Shown piece by piece: positions 1 to 7,483 of a stretch of DNA of 32,000 nucleotides (position 1 is its first letter; each line of letters opens with the position of its first letter). The stretch comes from an uncultured Chloroflexia bacterium (GTDB taxonomy: Bacteria; Chloroflexota; Ktedonobacteria; Ktedonobacterales; JADMIN01). The translations under genes were made by a program, and so were the position numbers. The notes beneath the pieces were generated by a model. That model saw only the letters and a list, made by a program, of their open reading frames with translations, had not been told where the DNA came from and did no database searches. The stretch is taken from the NCBI GenBank assembly GCA_963718915.1, contig CAVRAI010000004.1, positions 660,001 through 692,000 on the forward strand, in the 5' to 3' direction.

Positions 1-392
1 ATGGGATCCTCTCGTCGCGCCGTCGCGATGAGTAATCCATCCACCTGCCGTCCGCGCAACATGGCGATGCTACTTTGCTCGCGCTCCAATTCGTCGTCCG
101 TATTGGCCATAATCACGCTGTATCCCCTGGCGGCCATCGCATCCTCTATGCCCCGGAACAGAATGGCAAAGAACGGGTTGGCAATGTCAGGGATTACTGT
201 GCCAACGACAAAACTACGCCTTGTCCGGAGGGAGCGTGCCAGATGATTCGGCTGATAACCCTGCTCGCGAGCCAGCGCCAGAATGCGCGCGCGTACTTCC
301 TCGCTCACCCGTTGCTGCGGATCGTCATTGAGCACCCGCGCAACTGTCGAGGGATGTACTCCAGCCAACCTGGCAAGGTCTTTCAAGGTCAT
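1..392 (-). CDS. LacI-family transcriptional regulator, N-terminal part (3' end runs off the left edge of the window)
   Basis: Absent from the ORF track because it is open at the window edge. The reverse complement from ATG 392..390 reads MTLKDLARLAGVHPSTVARVLNDDPQQRVSEEVRARILALAREQGYQPNHLARSLRTRRSFVVGTVIPDIANPFFAILFRGIEDAMAARGYSVIMANTDDELEREQSSIAMLRGRQVDGLLIA. This is a LacI/PurR-type HTH followed by the start of the sugar-binding core. An in-frame stop lies 24 nt upstream of the ATG. Confidence 0.9.
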   Translation of the reverse strand, partial: MTLKDLARLAGVHPSTVARVLNDDPQQRVSEEVRARILALAREQGYQPNHLARSLRTRRSFVVGTVIPDIANPFFAILFRGIEDAMAARGYSVIMANTDDELEREQSSIAMLRGRQVDGLLIATARREDP

Positions 393-458
393 TTTTAGGC
401 GGCCTTGCAATTGCTATTGGCCTGTCGCTCGCTCACCAGTACAGTCCTCCCTCGTTTT

Positions 459-474
459 GAACAAACGGTTGTTC
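459..474. promoter_or_regulatory. LacI-type operator candidate, site A (GAACAAACGGTTGTTC)
   Basis: 16-bp pseudo-palindrome (14/16 self-complementary) around a central CG. It lies just downstream of the -10 of the regulator gene promoter. It shares the core CAAACG(A/G)TTG with the sites at 710-740 and 3844-3856. Confidence 0.6.
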
Positions 475-479
475 TGACA

Positions 480-508
480 ACAGTAGCATCAAATATAGGG
501 CCTGTCAA
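480..508 (-). promoter_or_regulatory. sigma70-like promoter of the LacI-family gene
   Basis: On the minus strand: TTGACA (508..503), 17-nt spacer, TACTGT (485..480). The architecture matches the promoters at 675-703 and 3809-3837. Confidence 0.55.
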
Positions 509-674
509 TTATCGTCGGGCAGCCACTTCAGGCATAGTCATGATGTGATCGTGGCGACATCTCCCTCTGGTTCCCACATCAAGAATACCACCAGACGGCG
601 ATTCCGGCACAGACTGCGGGTATGCCGTTGCGCAACGACCCGTGTTTCGTGCCACGTGTCAACTGGGCGGCGCA

Positions 675-703
675 TTGACATGCTCAGCGGGTAGTGCTAC
701 AGT
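675..703 (+). promoter_or_regulatory. sigma70-like promoter of the hydrolase/oxidoreductase operon
   Basis: TTGACA (675..680), 17-nt spacer, TACAGT (698..703). The operator motif starts 6 nt downstream. Confidence 0.6.
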
Positions 704-709
704 TTCGTG

Positions 710-740
710 CAATCGTTTGTTCATCACAAACAAACGATTG
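710..740. promoter_or_regulatory. Operator pair / 31-nt hyphenated palindrome (sites B and C)
   Basis: CAATCGTTTGTT (710..721) and AACAAACGATTG (729..740) are perfect reverse complements separated by 7 nt (CATCACA). The element sits at the predicted +1 of the 675-703 promoter. Confidence 0.6.
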
Positions 741-852
741 TTCAGCGTGATGAGCGCCGACCTGGATACGCAACAACCGATGGACGAGTTGCTGAAGCAT
801 GCTCGAATGAATTGAGCGGCAAGACCACGCTCCTGGCGTGCAGGGAGGAAAT

Positions 853-1953
853 ATGACCACGACTGACTCTAACGCACATGAGAGCACAAGCTATTCCCAG
901 CAAGACGAGCGCGTTCGCATTGCCGTCAGTCACTGGGCGCCGCGATTTGTCGCGAACGGTGTGGATCTGAGCGACTTCAACGCCACCCTGGCGCGTATCC
1001 AGACCTGGAGCCAGTGGTTGACGGAGTGGGCAACGACGGCGCGTGGCTATGAAGACCTCGCCCAGACCGCGGAATCCCGTGGGTTCGCCGTGACAGCTGC
1101 CGAGGCCTGGCGTCGCGCCGCACTCTGCTGGCACTTTGGCAAGTTCGTCTTCATGGAGGATCCCGATCTCGCACGAACGGCCCAGCAACGGCTGGTAGAA
1201 GAGTATCAGAAAGGGATGTGGGCGCTGGAACCGCCTGCGACGCGCGTCGAGATTCCCTACGGCGCCGTTCGTATGGCCGCGTTACTCCGTCTGCCAGCAG
1301 GGATAGACCTGCCGCCCGTGGTCATCATGCTCCCAGGGCTAGACTCAACCAAAGAGGAAATCCAGACGACCGCCGATTTCTTTTTACAGCGCGGGCTGGC
1401 GACGCTAGCGGTAGACGGACCTGGGCAGGGTGAGACCGAGGAACTGCTGCGCATCGAGCCAGCGTATGAGCACGCCGCTCAGACTGTGATGGACTGGATC
1501 AAGACACGCGACGATCTCGACCATAATCGTGTCGGTGTCTTTGGCGTCAGCCTCGGCGGCTACTACGCAATACGAACAGCGGCGTATGTCCCTGGCATCA
1601 AGGCAGCGGTTGATCTGGCGGGACTCTACTCGATGGCTGAACACTGGGATGAACGCCCACCCATGACACGCGCCACCTTTAGCAAGCGTTCCGGCGCGGC
1701 GGACGAGGCGGAGGCGCGGCAACACGCGCACGCGATGTCTCTCGTCGGCGTCACCCAGCATGTGCGCTGTCCACTGCTCATCGTGCATGGTACTCGCGAT
1801 ACCATTGTTCTCTTCAGCGACGCGGAGCGTATCCACGCCGAAGTACCAGGTTCTGAACTGGCCGCGTTCGAGGGGAGCAATCACGGTTGTACTGACCGTG
1901 TCTTCGCGTCGCGCGCTCTGATGGCCGACTGGTTAGCCCAGCATCTCGGCTAG
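853..1953 (+). CDS. alpha/beta-fold hydrolase (DHPON-hydrolase / FrsA-like subfamily)
   Basis: ORF 838..1953. ATG 853 is preferred because GGGAGG (843..848) precedes it. The nucleophile elbow is GVSLGG. GTRD and SNHG fit the Asp and His of a catalytic triad. The N-terminal helical segment (HWAPRFVANGV...AWRRAALCWHFGKFVF) recalls 2,6-dihydroxypseudooxynicotine hydrolase-type enzymes, from memory and not searched. Confidence 0.8.
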   Translation: MTTTDSNAHESTSYSQQDERVRIAVSHWAPRFVANGVDLSDFNATLARIQTWSQWLTEWATTARGYEDLAQTAESRGFAVTAAEAWRRAALCWHFGKFVFMEDPDLARTAQQRLVEEYQKGMWALEPPATRVEIPYGAVRMAALLRLPAGIDLPPVVIMLPGLDSTKEEIQTTADFFLQRGLATLAVDGPGQGETEELLRIEPAYEHAAQTVMDWIKTRDDLDHNRVGVFGVSLGGYYAIRTAAYVPGIKAAVDLAGLYSMAEHWDERPPMTRATFSKRSGAADEAEARQHAHAMSLVGVTQHVRCPLLIVHGTRDTIVLFSDAERIHAEVPGSELAAFEGSNHGCTDRVFASRALMADWLAQHLG

Positions 1954-2042
1954 GGCGCGATCTATCCAGTATCGGTCTCTCGCTTCTCATTCGACACTCG
2001 ATTGATAGCTGATTGCGGATTTGTTCATGGTAGGAGGGTGAG

Positions 2043-3623
2043 ATGGCGGATCAGTTCGATGTCGTCATTGCGGGCGCTGGTCACAACAGCCTGGTAACCG
2101 CCGCATATCTGGCCAAAGCAGGGCTGACATGCTTGGTACTCGAAGCGCGCCCGCACATCGGGGGCAATACCGCTACCGAGGAGTTGACGCTCCCTGGCTT
2201 TCGCCACGATACTTGCTCAACGTCACACGCGATCTTCATGGAGAGTCCCATCTGGCGCAATCACGAGTTGCCGCTAGCCGAGTATGGCCTGGAATACATC
2301 ACGAGTGATCCTGCCTGTCACATCGTGTTCCCCGACGGAACCTCCATCACTCAGTGGATCGAGATTGATCGTACCTGTGATGAGATTGCCAGATTCTCGC
2401 GCCATGATGCGGACGCCTATCGCACCATGATAACCGAGTGGCGCGACATCGCGCCAGCGTTCGGTGGTGTGCGTTACGCTCCGGCTGGTTGGGGGCCGTC
2501 GGTCGCTGATCGTCTCGCCGAGCATCAGAATGGGTCCATCTGGCTGCGGCGCCAGGCGCTCTCCGCCTGGGATATTATCAACGCCACGTTTGAAGACTGG
2601 CATGTCAAATCCATGATGCTCTGGTTCGCCGAGGGTACCTTGCAGCCCGCTGATCGACCCGGCACGGGAAGCCTGGCATATTCATTCGCCGCTGGACGGC
2701 AGCGCAATGGTTGGGGTATTCCCAGAGGCGGGTCTGGCGTCTTGCCTCAGATTCTGGGCCGCTACATTGAGGCGCATGGTGGCACGCTCATCACCAATCA
2801 AGAAGTGATACGCCTGATCGTTGAGGATGGGCGCTGTGTGGGTGTCGAAACGGCCACAGGCGAACGATTCCGCGCGCGCCGGGCTGTTGTCTCATCGATC
2901 CATATCAAGCGCCTTGTGGATATGGCGCCAGCCGATGTCTGGGGTGATGCCTTCCTCTACGGGGTGGAATCGTACAAAGGCGGCCGAACCATGTTCGTCG
3001 CCCATTACGCGACAACCGAACCACCGCTGTTCGCTACTTCGGGTGGCCCACTTGCGACCGTCGCAGCGGGGGTTGCCCAGACGCCGGAGCGTCAGCTTCG
3101 CACCGAAGAAAGCTTCCGTGAGGGATTGCTGAATGCCGATCAGACACCCCTGCTGGTGCTGACTCCTTCGGTCGGCGACGACTCGCGTGCGCCTGAGGGG
3201 AAACATATGGTGAAAGTCATCAGCCAGCAGCCATATGACCTGAGCGATGGTCCGGAAAAATGGGATGAGATGAAAGCGGAGGTTGCCCGCAAGAACCTCG
3301 ATGAATTACGTCGATACGCGCCAAATCTCACCGATGACAAAATCCTGGCCACGGACATCCTCAGCCCACTCGACCTCGAACGCTACAACGCGCACAACTG
3401 GCATGGCAGTTGTCACGGCGGAGACATGGGGCCGTCACAGTCAGGCGCACTACGACCCGTACCCGGTTATGCTCAACATCGCATGCCTATCCCCGGCCTC
3501 TATCAGACCGGCGCAACCACCCATCCTGGCGGGTCGGTGACAGGCGCGCCGGGTCGCAACGCCGCACAAGTTCTTCTCACAGACCTGGGGCGCGATTGGA
3601 ATGCGGTGATCCAACCGGAATGA
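2043..3623 (+). CDS. NAD(P)/FAD-dependent oxidoreductase, phytoene-desaturase-like (CrtI family, COG1233 type)
   Basis: A GGAGGG RBS precedes ATG 2043. The dinucleotide-binding N-terminus is DVVIAGAGHNSLVTAAYLAKAGLTCLVLEARPHIGG. The C-terminal GLYQTGATTHPGGSVTGAPGRNAA and the 526-aa length are typical of this family. Confidence 0.85.
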   Translation: MADQFDVVIAGAGHNSLVTAAYLAKAGLTCLVLEARPHIGGNTATEELTLPGFRHDTCSTSHAIFMESPIWRNHELPLAEYGLEYITSDPACHIVFPDGTSITQWIEIDRTCDEIARFSRHDADAYRTMITEWRDIAPAFGGVRYAPAGWGPSVADRLAEHQNGSIWLRRQALSAWDIINATFEDWHVKSMMLWFAEGTLQPADRPGTGSLAYSFAAGRQRNGWGIPRGGSGVLPQILGRYIEAHGGTLITNQEVIRLIVEDGRCVGVETATGERFRARRAVVSSIHIKRLVDMAPADVWGDAFLYGVESYKGGRTMFVAHYATTEPPLFATSGGPLATVAAGVAQTPERQLRTEESFREGLLNADQTPLLVLTPSVGDDSRAPEGKHMVKVISQQPYDLSDGPEKWDEMKAEVARKNLDELRRYAPNLTDDKILATDILSPLDLERYNAHNWHGSCHGGDMGPSQSGALRPVPGYAQHRMPIPGLYQTGATTHPGGSVTGAPGRNAAQVLLTDLGRDWNAVIQPE

Positions 3624-3808
3624 AGACAAGAGCATGAAGGCGCCTGACAGCTTTGTGTGCGCCACGAGCGACATGGCCAACCATTTCTTGTGTGGCTGGC
3701 TCATCAGTTACCATCGATACTGGATGTTGCTGGGGCACGAGAAAACCGCCAGCAATGCTACGTATAATGGGGTAAGCGGATGCTCGCGCTGCGATTTATG
3801 ACACAGGA

Positions 3809-3837
3809 TTGACAAAGCAGCGGGGAGATGCTAAAGT
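3809..3837 (+). promoter_or_regulatory. sigma70-like promoter of the ABC-transporter operon
   Basis: TTGACA (3809..3814), 17-nt spacer, TAAAGT (3832..3837). The operator motif starts 6 nt downstream, the same spacing as at 675-721. Confidence 0.6.
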
Positions 3838-3843
3838 CTCAGG

Positions 3844-3856
3844 CAATCGTTTGTCC
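3844..3856. promoter_or_regulatory. LacI-type operator candidate, site D (CAATCGTTTGTCC)
   Basis: CAATCGTTTGT is identical to site B over 11 nt and sits at the same offset from the -10 element. Confidence 0.55.
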
Positions 3857-4074
3857 AACGCCTGTTTGGCATTCTCGTTCGGTGAGGAGGTGGCAAGAAA
3901 CCCTCGTGATAGTCGCGATGCGGAGCACGAAGACCTCAGCGAGGGAGCGATAAGACGATGAGGACAATTCATCCTGGCAAGGCAATCACGACCGGTACTA
4001 TTCCCAGCGAATCACATGTAAACGAGGAGCGCCAAGCGCCTGCGAAAACCTCAGTGCTACGAGGGGGAACAAAA

Positions 4075-5316
4075 ATGGCCGGATGGCATTTTCACCAGAT
4101 ACGGAAGTTCACGTCTGCTGTTGTAATAGCGCTGGCAGCGCTCATGGCTTTCACCGCGTGTGGAACGTCGAGCACGCAAACGGGGAACAAGACCCCCATC
4201 AAGATCGGCGTCTCTATCTCGACCTCAGGCGACTTCTCAGATGATGGCAAGGCTACCCAGCAGGGGTATGAGCTGTGGGCTGAGCAGGTGAACAAGAGCG
4301 GTGGCCTGTTGGGTCGGCAGGTACAACTCGACATCGTCAACGACAACAGCACCCCTGATCAGGTAACGACGAACTACCAGAAACTCATCACAGTAGACAA
4401 AGTTGATCTGGTTGTCGGGCCATACTCAAGCCTCCTGACCAAACCGGCATCCGTTGTCACGGCGCGTTACGGGTATGCGATGGTCGAAGGCTCTGGCGGC
4501 GCTCCTTCGGTCTTCAACCGTGGTATTAAAGGCCTTTACGACGTATCCGCGCCGATAGAAAATCTTCTCGTGGCCTTCTCGCAAATGCTCCAGTCGCTTC
4601 CTGCGGATCAGCAGCCCAAGTCCATCGCGTATGTGACGTCCGACGATCCATTCACCGAACCACAGGTAGATAAGGCAAAGGCTGCCCTCGAAGCCGCCGG
4701 ATTCTCGACGGCCTATTACCAGGTGTATCCCGCGGAAACAACAGACTATTCACCCATGGCAACGGCGATGATCAACAAGCACGCCGATGTCGTCATCGCA
4801 GGTACACAAACCGCGGATGCAGAGGCTTACGTCAAAGCATTCGCACAGCAGCATTACAACCCGAAAGCGATCATGTTTACCAGCGGGCCTGATACGGGCG
4901 CGCCTTCTCGCAGGGCGTTGGCGCGGCCAACACAGAGGGCATCCTGTTCCCCAATAGCTGGTGGCCAGCTCTCAATAAGCTCGGCCAACAAGCAGTTCGT
5001 ACAGGCATACATGGCCAAGTACGGTGGCACGGCCGACGCAATTGCTGCCGATACCGCGGAGGCGTTCTCGGTCGGCGAGGTGCTGCAACAGGCGGTCGCG
5101 CAGTGTAAGTGCACCGACAATGCCAAGCTAATCCAGACCATCAACACCGGAAGTTTTGATAGCGTTCAGGGTCCGGTCAAGTTTAACAGCGTAGGCGAGA
5201 ACGCCAACCTCCCAGCGTATGTCTTCCAATGGCAGAAAGGCTCGGTCATCTGCGTGTACCCGTCGTCGGTGGCGACTGGTACAATGGAATATCCGAAGCC
5301 GAACTGGGCGGGCTGA
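4075..5316 (+). CDS. ABC transporter substrate-binding lipoprotein, Liv/HAAT family (type-I periplasmic binding protein)
   Basis: ORF 3958..5316. The start is moved to ATG 4075 (GAGGGGGA RBS) because it yields a signal peptide plus lipobox (AALMAFTAC). The body (IKIGVSISTSGDFSDDGKATQQGYELWAEQVNKSGGLLGRQVQL..., ...NKQFVQAYMAKYGG...) fits Leu/Ile/Val-binding-protein-like receptors. It contains an internal stretch that looks out of frame (see findings). Confidence 0.85.
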   Translation: MAGWHFHQIRKFTSAVVIALAALMAFTACGTSSTQTGNKTPIKIGVSISTSGDFSDDGKATQQGYELWAEQVNKSGGLLGRQVQLDIVNDNSTPDQVTTNYQKLITVDKVDLVVGPYSSLLTKPASVVTARYGYAMVEGSGGAPSVFNRGIKGLYDVSAPIENLLVAFSQMLQSLPADQQPKSIAYVTSDDPFTEPQVDKAKAALEAAGFSTAYYQVYPAETTDYSPMATAMINKHADVVIAGTQTADAEAYVKAFAQQHYNPKAIMFTSGPDTGAPSRRALARPTQRASCSPIAGGQLSISSANKQFVQAYMAKYGGTADAIAADTAEAFSVGEVLQQAVAQCKCTDNAKLIQTINTGSFDSVQGPVKFNSVGENANLPAYVFQWQKGSVICVYPSSVATGTMEYPKPNWAG

Positions 5317-5328
5317 TATTCTGGCGTT

Positions 5329-5363
5329 AGGGAGCGCCTCGATTCGTTCAAAACGCGCTCCCT
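5329..5363 (+). other. Intercistronic stem-loop after the SBP gene
   Basis: AGGGAGCGC (5329..5337) pairs perfectly with GCGCTCCCT (5355..5363), with a 17-nt loop. It starts 13 nt after the SBP stop codon. No U-tract follows. Confidence 0.5.
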
Positions 5364-5523
5364 CACACGCTAGAAGGGCGTTGATAAGCACAACTGGCTC
5401 AGTCGTGCGAAGTCATCTCTTTCTATCCTGCGGGGTTCGCTCAACCATAGTGGGCTCCGCAGGGCCCATCGCTTCTAAACCGTGCTCAATCAATCGGATT
5501 GTGGCTCCACTACCTCAGGAGGT

Positions 5524-6423
5524 ATGGACGTGCCCCTCAACATAAACCCTGCGGAGATATTTGGCGCAGTGCTGGATGGGATCCTCACGGGCACTGTTTA
5601 TGCCTTGATGGCCACGGGGCTAAGCCTGATCTTCGGGGTACTGGATATTATCGATGTCGCACAGGCAGGGTATGTGATACTCGCCGCCTACTTGAGTCTT
5701 GTGCTCCAGGGATTTCTGCACATCGATCTTTTCCTTGGATTGCTCATCACTATGCCCCTGCTATTTCTGTTGGACTCGCCGTCGAGTTGGCCTTCATCCG
5801 CCCCCTCAAGCGAGAGCGCACTCAATTGTCCATTCTGGTGACCTTTGGTATCGGACTGGTCATCGAAGGCGTGCTGGGCATGGCATTTGGCACCACTGAG
5901 CAGGGAGTTCCAGGCCTGGTATGTCACTCATGGATTCCAGCTTGGTAATGCCTACGTACCGTACATCTATGTCTTTGCATTCATCCTGGCACTGGTTCTC
6001 ATCGCTGCACTCTTCGTGCTGCTTTACCGAACCAAATATGGCCGTAGCGTTCGTGCGCTCATGCAAAATCGCACCGCCGCCCAGCTCATCGGCATCAATG
6101 TCGAGCGCGTATCAGCGATTACCTTTGCAATCGGTGTGGCGCTTACCGCCGCGGGTGGCATGGCCTATGGCGCGACAACTCCATTCAATAACAACAGTTG
6201 GTATGACCTCATTACCCGCCTCTTTGCCATCATCATCCTGGGTGGCCTGGGGAGCGTTCAAGGCGCCCTCATTGGCGCGATCATCATGCTTGTCTGCTCC
6301 GACGTGACCGCTGTCGTGTGGTCACCGGTGTGGTCTAGCGCGGTATTCTTCGTTGCGCTTGTCCTGTTGCTGTTGTTCCGCCCACAGGGGCTTTTTGGCC
6401 GCGTCGCCACACGCAAGCAATAG
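5524..6423 (+). pseudogene. Branched-chain amino acid-type ABC permease (LivH family), reading frame interrupted
   Basis: The LivH-like sequence is split over three ORF-track entries. Frame 1 (5482..5841) reads MDVPLNINPAEIFGAVLDGILTGTVYALMATGLSLIFGVL... and ends at TGA 5839..5841. Frame 3 (within 5499..5948) reads VGLAVELAFIRPLKRERTQLSILVTFGIGLVIEGVLGMAFGTTEQG. Frame 1 resumes (5845..6423) with AWYVTHGFQLGNAYVPYIYVFAF...RTKYGRSVRALMQNRTAAQLIGINVERV. The start is ATG 5524 or GTG 5530, after AGGAGG. Confidence 0.7.
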
Positions 6424-6555
6424 CTTAGGAGTACCTGGACATGAAGCGATCCCTGAACTTGCGTCTGGTCAAGATTGTCTGGCCACTTCTCCTGCTCGTC
6501 GCGGCGATGACTATTTCCACTCGTATTTCCCAATCCTGCCCTGGATAATGTCGCC

Positions 6556-7473
6556 GTGCTAACTCTGATGTATGCGGCAATGGCCACGGCATGGAACATC
6601 TTCTCCGGGTACACTGGCTACAACTCGCTCGGACACTCAACCTTTTTTGGATTCGGCGCCTATACGATATCGCTGATCTCAGTGGATAAGAGTCTCGAGG
6701 GGGGATTCGCGCTCTTCTTGCTGGTTCCGGTGGCAGGAGTGGTCGCCGCGCTCGCTGCCATTCCGATTGGATGGGTCTGTCTGCGCACGCGCGGCCATGC
6801 CTTCGTGGTTATCACGCTCATCACGGTGTTTATCTTCCAACTGCTGGCATTTAACCTGCGTGGCATCACCAACGGATCGATTGGACTCTTCTTGCCAGTT
6901 CCTGGCTTTGACGTTGACTGGTTTCTCCTACCGTTCTACTACATTCAACTTGCGATTCTGGTAGTTGCGCTTCTGGCGTCGTTGTATATCCGCAGCTCGC
7001 GGTATGGCCTCTGGTTGCTCGCCATCCGCGACGACGAAGACCGCGCCGAAGGTCTGGGAGTGCGTACTGGTGCGAGCAAGCTGATTGCGTTCGTGATCTC
7101 GGCGTTCTTCGTTGGTATGGTTGGCGCTGTATACGCCTATTTCATCGGCTCGATCTACCCTCAATACGTCTTCGACCCTGCGTTGACGATCACCATCGTC
7201 CTGATGGCGTTCCTGGGTGGAGTGGGTACCCTTGCGGGGCCAGTCGTTGGCGCCTTGATACTGGAAACTGCCCAGCAATATTTCAACATTTACGCGCCCA
7301 CTGGGCTGTACCAGATCTTCCTCGGCGCCCTGTTTCTGATCGTCATACTGTTGATGCCTCAGGGCATCGTCCGCTCACTTGCCAGACTCTGGACGGCATG
7401 GCGCGTGCGCAGTGGCGCAGGTGGCACTCCAGTAGCGCCAGAACGTCAGCCAGCTGTCGTGGAGAAAGGGTGA
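6556..7473 (+). CDS. Branched-chain amino acid-type ABC permease (LivM family); the intact ORF probably lacks its true N-terminus
   Basis: LTLMYAAMATAWNIFSGYTGYNSLGHSTFFGFGAYTISL is the hallmark LivM start of the core. A 35-codon ORF in another frame (ATG 6441, AGGAG 9 nt upstream) encodes the expected first TM helix (see findings). Confidence 0.8.
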   Translation: MLTLMYAAMATAWNIFSGYTGYNSLGHSTFFGFGAYTISLISVDKSLEGGFALFLLVPVAGVVAALAAIPIGWVCLRTRGHAFVVITLITVFIFQLLAFNLRGITNGSIGLFLPVPGFDVDWFLLPFYYIQLAILVVALLASLYIRSSRYGLWLLAIRDDEDRAEGLGVRTGASKLIAFVISAFFVGMVGAVYAYFIGSIYPQYVFDPALTITIVLMAFLGGVGTLAGPVVGALILETAQQYFNIYAPTGLYQIFLGALFLIVILLMPQGIVRSLARLWTAWRVRSGAGGTPVAPERQPAVVEKG

Positions 7474-7483
7474 GGTTGAGCCG

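Noticed and set aside
3958-4074. Upstream ATG 3958 as the start of the SBP gene (39 extra residues).
   Set aside because: It would place the signal peptide and lipobox about 50 residues into the protein. ATG 4075 has a strong SD and gives a canonical lipoprotein N-terminus.
5487-5497. The 11-mer CAATCAATCGG is repeated at 5487..5497 and 10246..10256, both upstream of genes, and resembles the CAATCG operator core.
   Set aside because: Around a hundred 11-mer coincidences are expected by chance in 32 kb. The flanks do not match, there is no associated promoter architecture, and the palindromic half is missing at the second site.
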